Shown piece by piece: positions 1 to 8,646 of a DNA stretch of 32,576 nucleotides (position 1 is its first letter; each line of letters begins with the position of its first letter). The notes beneath the pieces are model-generated. The model was not told the origin of the DNA. It did not search any database and worked only from the letters and a program-made list of their open reading frames with translations. The translations under genes were made by a program, and so were the position numbers. Origin of the DNA: Nemertoderma westbladi (taxonomy: Eukaryota > Animalia > Xenacoelomorpha); the NCBI GenBank assembly GCA_032718475.1, contig JAUCBJ010002548.1, positions 1-32,576 of the forward strand, in the 5' to 3' direction.

Positions 1-833
1 TTACTAGAAATTTTAATGTTATATTCACCTAGGCCGGAACCTATATGACCAACAGGTGGAATTCCTGATATCCACTTCCACTCTAGAACCCACCGCTTAT
101 CGATGCTATGCCATGTTACATTAAAATCTTTATCATGCAAACATATATCACCATTCAAAAATTGTTCTACACGAATAAATTTTCCTAACCGATTAGTTTG
201 TGACAACAAACTATGGTTATATACCGTCTGCAATGGACATTTTGGGTACCACTCTTTAGCATTGACATTAAGTAATGATTGTTCACAACTGCCACCAGAC
301 TTATCAGACATTGCAGCAGCGACAACAGGCTTGCTACACTCATTATTAAGGGCCCCAAGCAGCTTAGTTTGGGTACCATGTACGCACTCATGCATCAATG
401 GCAATTTTACATTACACACCCCCATGTCACGGTCATACACTACATTTAACTCTCCAAAAATAGTTAGACAATCTGCCCCCAATAATATATCCACACCAAA
501 CAAACACTCAGTGTCAACAACCTTCAAACATATTTCGACACTTGTATCAGTTCCATCTATACCATTGATATGAGCACACACACTACCATGTACGGCTACA
601 CTATCCCCTAATGTTCCAAGAGTATTATTAAATTCTGAACACCGAAAGTTAATACAATTGTTAAGCAACAACTTCTTAGTTATTAAAGACTCTGTACAGA
701 ACATGTCCAACCCGGCTGTAAACGTAAAAATATCTCCTTTATTACAAGGAAATGTTAACTGACATGTTACGGTTGGAAGGAAGCGCGGGGGGTGACCGAG
801 GATTGCGAATACACCCCCCTGGAAACGTTTTCC
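1..833 (-). CDS. pol: Gypsy Pol, N-terminal part (aspartic protease and pre-RT region), -1 frame relative to gag, continues beyond the window
   Basis: Manual translation finds no stop from 833 to 1: ...RFLPTVTCQL...AGLDMFCTESLI...GVDILLGADCL...HDKDFNVTWHSIDKRWVLEWKW... The LD and ILGxDxL protease motifs are present. Absent from the ORF track because the frame is open at the window edge. Confidence 0.85.
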
Positions 834-1696
834 GAACCCGACTTCCGTTGGACAGATGGGCATTCACGCTGCGTGTGACCAAATCCTCGGCATCCGTAAC
901 ATTGTATCCCACCGCGCGCTCCACTTCCTCGATTCCGACCCCGGGGGCACTGTCGGGCAATATGTCCCACTTCACTGCAATTCCAGCAGACAGCTTGGAT
1001 TGGACCATTCCCTCGTACACCAACATTCCCCTGCCGTTCGATGGCACCCACAACGCGATCGTAGGTACCATTACCAGCATCTTTTTCCTTTAACATACCG
1101 GATACTCTTCTAGCACGCGCCACTAACTCCGAAAGTTGCAGTTCAACTCCCTCAGCTTCAATGGCAGCTGTTAGATGTTGGGTTACATTACTTGGTAGAC
1201 CTGCCAAAAACTGTCCCCGAAGAATAGGCGTAGCTGAATCGACGTCGGTTACACCAGAAAGCAATAACAACTTCCTTAATTCCGCTAAATAAACATCGTA
1301 AGATTCGCCCGGTTTCACAATGCGTGTTTTAAATAATTGGTAGGCTTGAGACTGAGTTACAGAAAAGGCATCGTTTAAACGCTTCTTTATCGCTGGCCAG
1401 CTCTCTTTATCTTCATCCGGCGTTTGCTGATAAACCACAAATGCACTAGAAGTCAAAAACAAAGGAAAATAAACTTCCATATTGTCAGTCCAACCTTGTA
1501 ATCGAGCTACAATTTCAAACTTTGCGGCCCACTCTGCAAAATCTTGTCCACAATCTAGTCCAGAAAACTTCTCAATTATCCCATCTAATTTTACACTTAA
1601 CCGCGGTCGACTGCTACCGGCACAAGTCGTGACAGCACCGGTACCGGACACTACTCCGTTTCCAGCAACATTTCCTTCGTTGTCTGAATCTGACAT
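767..1696 (-). CDS. gag: Gypsy-type LTR retrotransposon Gag (two CCHC zinc knuckles)
   Basis: Intact ORF from ATG at 1696 (MSDSDNEG; the ORF track starts upstream at 1738). Capsid-like region FSGLDCGQDFAEWAAKFE and knuckles CWNCSEVGHIARQC and CYGCRGFGHTQREC. Confidence 0.9.
   Translation of the reverse strand: MSDSDNEGNVAGNGVVSGTGAVTTCAGSSRPRLSVKLDGIIEKFSGLDCGQDFAEWAAKFEIVARLQGWTDNMEVYFPLFLTSSAFVVYQQTPDEDKESWPAIKKRLNDAFSVTQSQAYQLFKTRIVKPGESYDVYLAELRKLLLLSGVTDVDSATPILRGQFLAGLPSNVTQHLTAAIEAEGVELQLSELVARARRVSGMLKEKDAGNGTYDRVVGAIERQGNVGVRGNGPIQAVCWNCSEVGHIARQCPRGRNRGSGARGGIQCYGCRGFGHTQRECPSVQRKSGSENVSRGVYSQSSVTPRASFQP
787..833 (-). promoter_or_regulatory. Candidate -1 programmed ribosomal frameshift signal (G_GAA_AAC, 7-nt spacer, 8-bp stem-loop)
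   Basis: Minus strand reads G GAA AAC GTTTCCA GGGGGGTG-(17 nt)-CACCCCCC, inside the gag/pol overlap. Confidence 0.75.
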
Positions 1697-1699
1697 TTC

Positions 1700-1976
1700 G
1701 CGGTGATAGCTTGTGGGAAAATGGCGGAAGTCTGTCAATAAACAATCCTTGTATTTTTCTCTTCAATATCAACAAGATCAATCACCAAAACCCTGAAACC
1801 TCTAATCCCGACTACCGGTACACCAGTACACAAGTCCACTATCCCTCCAATCCCTCACTCTCCACCAGGCCTACCTCCCCTCTCCCCGACCCTCCTCCTC
1901 AGGGGCGAGCCATCCATTCCACCACACAATTCCACCATACAACATAGAACACCACAATAACATAGAACACCACAAT
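1700..1976 (-). mobile_element. Probable 5' LTR/leader of the Gypsy element (boundaries uncertain)
   Basis: Lies directly upstream of gag, G-rich on the minus strand, with possible TGTT starts at 1944 or 1962 within an 18-bp tandem duplication (AACATAGAACACCACAAT x2). No clear PBS seen. Confidence 0.35.
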
Positions 1977-2029
1977 CTCAACTATTTTATCTTAAATCAA
2001 AACTTTGTTCTCTGAGAAGAGAGCTTTCT

Positions 2030-2345
2030 AATAAACTGAGCAGTAGGTCCAATATTAAAAAAAAACCTTCTTAATTAAACTTTTGTGCTCTTTCTCGTGG
2101 AGACATCCAATTAGCACCACTGAGCACAGAAATTTGCAGAAATTTAATGCAAACCGCAAACTTCATCGCCTTTACCGATATCGCGATATATCGGAGCCAG
2201 TATCTTCTACTCCAGATATTTCGAAAACTAAGCAAGATATGGGAAAACGGTTTCCATATTTGGATTCAGCATGAAATTCTGCATCAGATAGCATATGTTT
2301 CAAAAATTCGACTTTTTGGTCAGAAAATGTGCTACCGAAGTGTAA
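2030..2345. mobile_element. Remnant of a non-autonomous DNA/rolling-circle element
   Basis: Carries motifs such as GATATTTCGAAAACTAAG that resemble those in the 13.7-15.5 kb element, plus short palindromes. Termini not established. Confidence 0.3.
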
Positions 2346-2721
2346 CATATGCAAACCTAGAAACCAAACAATGAGTAACTTAAATTACATAACCTACAAC
2401 AAAGCGCAATTAAAATAATTAAATATCACAAACCAAATTTTAATCCATACTGCTTAAAATTTGCGGGAAATTAAAATTAAATTTTTTCTTGAACATCAGA
2501 ATAAGAACGTACTCATACATAAGAATGTACAATTTTACTGCATAATATATTGCATTCAATGCCTCCATAAAGTACATAGGTATCTCTAAAATTTAAACCC
2601 CTTCCCCATAAAACATAATTATCTTTATAATTATCAATATTAGTTCTCTTTCTTATTTGTTATCTCATTAGAAAAATAAAAGTCCCAGAAGAAGAAAAAT
2701 AAGAAAACCGCGTAAGTTTAA

Positions 2722-2912
2722 AAATTTGTTTTATATATCTACACAGTATTATGGTATATCACTCCTAAATTTGTTTTATATATCTACACAGTATTATGGT
2801 ATATCACTCCTAAATTTGTTTTATATATCTACACAGTATTATGGTATATCACTCCTAAATTTGTTTTATATATCTACACAGTATTATGGTATATCACTCC
2901 TAAATTTGTTTT
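2722..2912. repeat. 45-bp minisatellite, about 4.2 perfect copies
   Basis: Unit AAATTTGTTTTATATATCTACACAGTATTATGGTATATCACTCCT. Confidence 0.95.
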
Positions 2913-3296
2913 TTAAATTATTACATATATCTTATAATCATCTATGTATTTATTTATTATTTATCTATCTACCTAATTTATTGTATATTGCTTGATGAAC
3001 TGAATTTATTGTTAATTCAATTCAAATGTACAGTACATGATTCATTAATACATCAATAACTGTTGAGTAATAAATACGTTTATATTTCATAATCGTGTAC
3101 ATGTTTTAACAAAAGAAATAATTGACTTTAGTAAAATAATTTAATAAGACCTGAATGCACAGGATATTAAAAGTTTTTTTTACTACCTGCTATTTACCAT
3201 CGATCGCAACATTGTAGAACATAATTTCCTATTTTGAGGAATACGGAGGCTGAAACACAGAATATAAAACATTACAATTTTTTTTTTAAATTTATT

Positions 3297-3560
3297 AATG
3301 AATGGGAGAATCTTTTAGGCTCGTTAAGCCAAGGATTGCCTGTTCACCACCATGGGTGATCTTCCACAGTAAACCCTTCCACTCTGTTTCCCAAGTTGCC
3401 TTGGTTCCCATTTATCGACCACTGAAGGATTAAAGCCGGGGTTGGGCTAGGCTGCAGCATTTAAAGCACTGTGCCCAAACAGTGCTGCCCCATCTAGGGA
3501 TCGAACCCAGGCTCTCTAATCGGAAGCACAGTAATGTCACCACTAGACCAAGCTGCTGCT
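3297..3560 (-). mobile_element. tRNA-derived SINE (family A), full length
   Basis: Minus-strand A box TGGTCTAGTGG (3540-3550), B box GGTTCGATCC (3498-3507), central GTCGATAAATGGGAACC core, (CATT)n tail. Near-TSD TTTAAATT(T/A)ATT at 3285-3296 and 3560-3571. Confidence 0.85.
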
Positions 3561-3620
3561 TTAAATTAATTAATCACAACTAATTAATTAATCCTAGCTG
3601 TGTGTGTATTTTAAACTTCT

Positions 3621-3680
3621 GCTAGGGTTGTACTGTAGTTGCTAGGGTTGTACTGTAGTTGCCAGGGTTGTACTGTAGTT
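3621..3680. repeat. 20-bp tandem repeat x3
   Basis: GCTAGGGTTGTACTGTAGTT x3 with one substitution. Confidence 0.9.
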
Positions 3681-3787
3681 TATGGACAGATATGTAAACG
3701 AAGGCTAAATGACAGAAATTAATGTTGTTTCCGGTTTTTCCGGCACCAAATTGCAGGAAAACCACACAAAATTATCAAATAGGAACA

Positions 3788-4085
3788 GTCCCACCATGGA
3801 GTAATGGTTCCATTGAAGTTCACATATCCCAGGTGGAGGTCGTGGGTTCGATCCCTGCGTGTGGACAAATGTAGTCTTCGTAATTGCACGAATGCCTACA
3901 GGGATTAGCCAAGGCGCTTATCTGCCTTGTACAGTATCCTTACATGGTAGCTAAATGAGTACCGGAATTTTCTCTGGGAAGTGTAGTTCTGGGGGAAGCT
4001 CACTGGAAATAAGCCTTCATTGTGCGAAATCCATGGCCTAACATGCAAAGTTTCTGGAATAATGTACGTTACAATTTTATGTATT
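3788..4085 (+). mobile_element. tRNA-derived SINE (family B)
   Basis: A box TGGAGTAATGG (3797-3807), B box GGTTCGATCC (3845-3854), core GGTAGCTAAATGAGTACC, LINE-like tail motif CTGGAAATAAGC (4003-4014). Confidence 0.75.
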
Positions 4086-4220
4086 GAATGAATGAATGGG
4101 AGAATCTTTTAAGCTCGTTAAGCCAAGAATTGCCTATTTACCGTCACAAGAATTGCCTATTTACTGTCACAAGAATTGCCTATTTACCGTCACAAGAATT
4201 GCCTATCTACAGTAAAGCAT
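4086..4220 (-). mobile_element. 3' fragment of a second SINE family A copy with an internal 23-bp tandem amplification
   Basis: GAATGGGAGAATCTTTTAAGCTCGTTAAGCCAAG matches 3300-3333; followed by CAAGAATTGCCTATTTACCGTCA about 3.5 times. Confidence 0.8.
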
Positions 4221-4403
4221 TCAACTTCAAAAATTTATAATATCGTTAAAATTCGTTAAAAAAAAATACATCTTAATTATTAAAAGACTATTCTGGTCGG
4301 TACAAAATATTAAATTAATAGCTGAGTATTAATAATATTGTATTACGTTTACCTAATGAATAGTCTAAGTTTTACATTTAATGTTGTTTTTGTATATTTC
4401 TAG

Positions 4404-4439
4404 GTTCTCTTTCTCTACCATCTGTACAATATTACTCAG
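4404..4439 (+). CDS. Candidate 36-nt phase 1-1 exon of the PAN-domain gene (xSLSLPSVQYYS)
   Basis: T-rich tract with tttctag acceptor and CAG|gtaagg donor. Joins the 7569 exon in frame (G|AC = Asp). Confidence 0.5.
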
Positions 4440-4637
4440 GTAAGGATGTGAATTGAAAATTTTAATGGGTATTAAAAAAAAACACCCACCATAGTTTAAT
4501 TTTGTTAGTTTAATTTTGTATCAAATAAGTTCATGTTATTATTAGTGTCCAGGATTAGGGGGATATAAAAACAACCAGCGAACCATCCAATGAGGGCGTG
4601 GAAACAAACGATTCTGTCTGGGCAACTATCAAACGAA

Positions 4638-4903
4638 ATCGCACAGGTCCAGCTCCAACGCATCGCACAGGTCCAGCTCCAACGCATCGCACAGGTCCAG
4701 CTCCAACGCATCGCACAGGTCCAGCTCCAACGCATCGCACAGGTCCAGCTCCAACGCATCGCACAGGTCCAGCTCCAACGCATCGCACAGGTCCAGCTCC
4801 AACGCATCGCACAGGTCCAGCTCCAACGCATCGCACAGGTCCAGCTCCAACGCATCGCACAGGTCAAGCTCCAACGCATCGCACAGGTCAAGCTCCAACG
4901 CAT
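4638..4903. repeat. 24-bp minisatellite, 11 copies, inside the decayed LINE ORF1
   Basis: Unit ATCGCACAGGTCCAGCTCCAACGC; the last two copies carry a C>A change. Confidence 0.95.
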
Positions 4904-5564
4904 ACCAGAACCAGTCCACAACAACCAAGTAGCGCGAATCAAACAGACTTCACTCTGTACAGATAGGTCTAATTAAGGACAATACTGTTGTATTGAGGAC
5001 AACAGTTAAAAGACCTACCAACAGTATGAAAAACTCACAATCTTTAACTCATGGGGGGGGGGAGGGGGGGGGGGAATGATGGGAGGTCCATTAAAGCCAT
5101 CTGATCCACCTTCCCGATCATCGCCACCTGTAAGGAGAGCACATATCCACATTGGGCGTTTAGTCACCTCAACAATTCGTGCCAACATTGTCAACTACTT
5201 AACTAGCTCAGAACTCCCATATATATGTGGACTCACAGTATGCCTCCTTTCATATAGTGTGCGATCAGCAGCACCAACAGACTTTGATGGACCCAGATGT
5301 TTTGGGGGAAGGTATTACTAGAAGAAACCACCACCTAACAAATGTTGAGAGGGAAAACACTTTTGTTTAAAACGACGATATCCCAAAGCTCAACAAAACC
5401 AACCAGCAGGCCCAACTGCCGACCAACTCCCACTGCCGCCCAACTGAAATAACCCCCTTACCCCCACTCTCAAACTGAAACTAAAACGTTGAGGGGCTTA
5501 CCTACGTAAATAAGTAACACAAACATATCTGGTGATGCAGACGTCCTAGTGTTTACTGAAACTA

Positions 5565-7005
5565 ATAATAATAAACTAAAATGAAAACAAATAAGTTGGT
5601 GCCAGTTCCCAAGAAGGGCAACCTAACACTCTATGGTTCTTTTCGGGGAATCTCATTGATCTCGATTGCTGCAAAGCTATACAATAGGATTCTATTAAAT
5701 CGCATCAGGGATCCCATTGAGAGACTGCTCCGTGGAAATCAGAATGGGTTCCGTAAAGGTCGTGGGACCATGGAGCCCATTTTGGCACTTAGAAGGATAA
5801 TTGAAGAGTTATCAAAAAAGAAAGACAGGCATCTGGCTGTTATCTTTGTTGACTTCTTCAAGGCCTTTGATTCAGTCTCTCGCTCACGTATGTTCAGCAT
5901 ACTTTCATTATATGGGATTCCTGATGAAATTATTGCAGCAATCAGATCAGTATATGATGGTTCGACAACATTTGTGTCTACTGTTGACGGTGACACAGAA
6001 CCATTTGAAGTGTTATGGGGCGTCCTCCAAGGAGACACACTTGCACCATTCTTGTTCATTATTGTGGTTGACTATGTTCTACGCATGTCCTTAGATCATT
6101 ATAATGATGATGGGGTGATGATAACTCCACCTACTGGCTCCAGAAGTCGAGGAAATCCTGCCAAGTACCTAACTGATCTAGACTTTGCTGATGACTTAGG
6201 AGTACTCTCAGAATCATTAGAGGGAGCCCAACGGCTCCTCAGCTCATTAGAACATGCTGCTTCTAGTGTTGGTCTTTTTATTAACTCCAGAAAGACCAAA
6301 ATTCTGACAGTTAACTTTGAAAGTCCTCAGCAAGTCTCTGATCGGATGAGCATAAGCTCAAAGGATGGTATGCTTGAGCATGTGGACGACTTCTGTTACC
6401 TTGGATCATGGATCCGGAAGTCAGGTGAGGACCTTCGAATACGTAAGGGAAAGGCATGGGCAGCCTTGAATAGGCTTTCCAGGATTTGGAAGTCACCGAG
6501 AATTAATCGGAAACTTAAGGTCCGATTATTTAGAGCAGCAGTAGTTCCAGTACTCCTCTACGGGAGTCCATGCTGGGCTCTAACTACTGAGGACACCAAA
6601 TCTCTGGATGGCACATTCACAAGAATGCTACGCCGGGTTCATTGTGTCAAGTACAATGCACACATCTCCAACCAGACACTATATAACATTGGAGGTGTCT
6701 CATTGGTTCCCCCAAGCTTGACACTAGAACAAAATCGCCTCCGCTTTGCAGGACATTGCTTTCGCCGTGAGGACCAGCCAGTGCATAATCTTGTACTTTG
6801 GCAGCCTCATGGAGTGAATAAGCATGGTGGACAGCCCATGACTTTCTTGAGACGCATCTTAAAGGACACTGGCCTTAAAGATGCGGATGATCTAGCAAAT
6901 GTCATGGGTGATAGGGAGTTGTGGCGGTGCAATTTTGTTGACAAGCCGGCACAGCATTCTTAAAAATGCAGCTGCAATGCAGCATGCCGATCATAGTAGT
7001 AGTAG
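5565..7005 (+). mobile_element. 5'-truncated RTE-clade LINE, copy 1, with 12-bp TSD
   Basis: TSD TTACTGAAACTA at 5553-5564 and 7006-7017, short 3' UTR, (TAG)n tail. Confidence 0.92.
5581..6963 (+). CDS. RTE-clade reverse transcriptase (truncated ORF, no endonuclease)
   Basis: 460-aa open frame with LVPVPKKG, FRGISL, QNGFRKGRGT, VDFFKAFDS, GVLQGDTLAPFLF, LDFADD and FCYLGS. Confidence 0.9.
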   Translation: MKTNKLVPVPKKGNLTLYGSFRGISLISIAAKLYNRILLNRIRDPIERLLRGNQNGFRKGRGTMEPILALRRIIEELSKKKDRHLAVIFVDFFKAFDSVSRSRMFSILSLYGIPDEIIAAIRSVYDGSTTFVSTVDGDTEPFEVLWGVLQGDTLAPFLFIIVVDYVLRMSLDHYNDDGVMITPPTGSRSRGNPAKYLTDLDFADDLGVLSESLEGAQRLLSSLEHAASSVGLFINSRKTKILTVNFESPQQVSDRMSISSKDGMLEHVDDFCYLGSWIRKSGEDLRIRKGKAWAALNRLSRIWKSPRINRKLKVRLFRAAVVPVLLYGSPCWALTTEDTKSLDGTFTRMLRRVHCVKYNAHISNQTLYNIGGVSLVPPSLTLEQNRLRFAGHCFRREDQPVHNLVLWQPHGVNKHGGQPMTFLRRILKDTGLKDADDLANVMGDRELWRCNFVDKPAQHS

Positions 7006-7568
7006 TTACTGAAACTATCCACTATCTACGCAAGTACTATAATGATTTAACATTCCCAGAATACTTCAGTTCAACCTGCACTGAAGACAGTTAAAGACCG
7101 ACCCCAGGGGGGACTGGTAGCTCTAGCTAAACTTGAATTGTCACCAGAAAGTATATCTTCTAAAGAAATCTCTATATATAGTCCTAAAAACAAACTTTTC
7201 TACGTCAACCCAAAGACAAATGTATAAGAAATTCTCATTTTCATCAATGAGGCGCTAACCTTCTCAAACCCAGAAATAGAATATTACAATCGGCAGCAAC
7301 TTTAACTGTCGTATCGACGAGGAATCAGGACGATACTCGTCGTAATCGACGAGGGAGCACCTGAAAACCGTGGCTCAGATTTATCTAATAATCTACATAT
7401 TACCGGATTTATAGTAATATATATTATTTAATTATTATTAAGTATTATATAAGACTTCAATTTTACACTCAGCACTAGATTTCATTATTTTAGTGGTATA
7501 GTACTGTATACCGGTTGTATATTATTAGTATATACTTATAATTGATAATAAGTTGAATATATTTTCAG

Positions 7569-7886
7569 ACTGGGTTGACTATGAAAACTCCTGTATCACT
7601 CATGATAACAACCCACCCCTCTGGGATTCTGATGTTATAGATGATTTACACAATTCAACTAAGATTATTTACGGTATTACGTCATTGGATCAGTGCAAGA
7701 TGAAGTGTGTTGAATTTAAAAGATTTCAGTGTATATCAGTAATGTATTTGCTATTGAGTAATACTTGCCAACTTCTCCAATTAAATAAAAGATCTATGAA
7801 AGAATATCCCGCTATGTTTAATAACAGAATTAAATTCCGCAAACTGTGTAATGGAACAAATTATAATATATCTTATTCCGAAAGAG
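7569..7886 (+). CDS. Exon encoding a PAN/Apple domain (host gene, probably extracellular protein)
   Basis: attttcag acceptor and G|gtgagt donor, 318 nt, phase 1-1. Cys pattern SLDQCKMKCVEFKRFQCISVMYLLLSNTCQL...YSER is typical of PAN modules. Confidence 0.8.
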
Positions 7887-8084
7887 GTGAGTGAACAAAA
7901 AATATTATAATTTTATTGTTTAAATTAAATTAAATTTATTTCTTTAATGTACAATGAAGGATTGAATCATAGTAATAAATTACCAAAAAATATACATAAA
8001 ATCTGTACTAACAGCATAACCTACTACACTATTGATAGTAACAATGTGTTGGTTGGCAAGCTGTATTTATCGAGGTGTTTGTTA

Positions 8085-8367
8085 TTATACATTTATTATA
8101 GGAAGGGATCTAGGGGTCTTAACCTCGAATGATAAGTTTATTTTACCGAAAATAACTTATCTTTTATTGGCGCAATTGTAGGACTAATCCCATCACATGC
8201 GTACTTTTTAACCGGGTAGTGTACAAATTTAGGAACCGCGTAATTTTTCTTGAAATTAATATCTCATATCTCTCCAAACCACGTACGCGTTTCGACCTTA
8301 CTGGGTCTCATTCGACTTATCATTCGAGGTTAAGACCCCTAGATCCCTTCCTATAATAAATGTATAA
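8085..8367 (-). mobile_element. Fold-back element with 53-bp perfect inverted arms, probably a Penelope-like pLTR fragment
   Basis: 8085-8137 is the exact reverse complement of 8315-8367. Contains a minus-strand ATGA-GACC-CAGTAA-GGTC-GAAACGCGTA hammerhead-like core. Confidence 0.7.
8284..8311 (-). ncRNA. Truncated minimal hammerhead ribozyme motif
   Basis: AUGA, stem II GACC/GGUC, GAAA, palindromic ACGCGU with a GUA site. The 5' CUG is missing (reads CGAAUGA). Confidence 0.55.
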
Positions 8368-8646
8368 CTACTACACTATAATACGACCTGGCAAGCTGCA
8401 GCTGTGCACTAAATTTAGTGGGCCTACTTTATTGTACACCAGTAGTTATTAGGTCTACTGGCAGACAGGCATAAACTAAACAGTCCATTTTCGGTTATTC
8501 CATTTACTTGTTTTGTCTTTGTTTTGTAAATTTGAGAATACTGTACATTTCAATTGTTATTGTTAACGTTAACAAAGCTGCAATGGTAGAATGGTTGTTA
8601 GCATATTTTACATAACATAATGTTTGGAAACGGATACGATGTTGGC

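Larger units (their letters stand above)
4560..7330 (+). mobile_element. Decayed LINE (ORF1 plus APE endonuclease start) interrupted by an RTE insertion
   Basis: ORF1-like motifs WATIKRNR, RRAHIHIGRL and SFHI..LMDPD..WGEGIT. Endonuclease motifs NVEGL and DADVLVFTET (up to 5563) resume after the RTE with DRPQGGLVAL and NFNCRID. Multiple stops and frameshifts. Confidence 0.7.

Noticed and set aside
103-1113. Plus-strand ORFs 103-573, 752-1093 and 856-1113
   Set aside because: Antisense shadows of gag and pol with no recognisable motifs.
3621-3680. Telomeric array
   Set aside because: Only an isolated TAGGGTT within a 20-bp unit; not tandem TTAGGG.
3480-3860. tRNA genes
   Set aside because: A and B boxes are present, but no convincing cloverleaf was seen and both continue into SINE bodies and tails.
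2722-4903. Short repeat arrays as possible CRISPR arrays
   Set aside because: These are head-to-tail tandem repeats without unique spacers, in a eukaryotic context with no cas genes.
4505-4976. Five overlapping ORFs over the 24-bp repeat
   Set aside because: Artefacts of a stop-free 24-bp unit. Only the RTGPAPTH frame fits the decayed LINE ORF1.
5053-5074. Poly-G run as a functional G-quadruplex
   Set aside because: It can form a G4, but it lies in a decayed LINE and homopolymer length is unreliable; no evidence of function.
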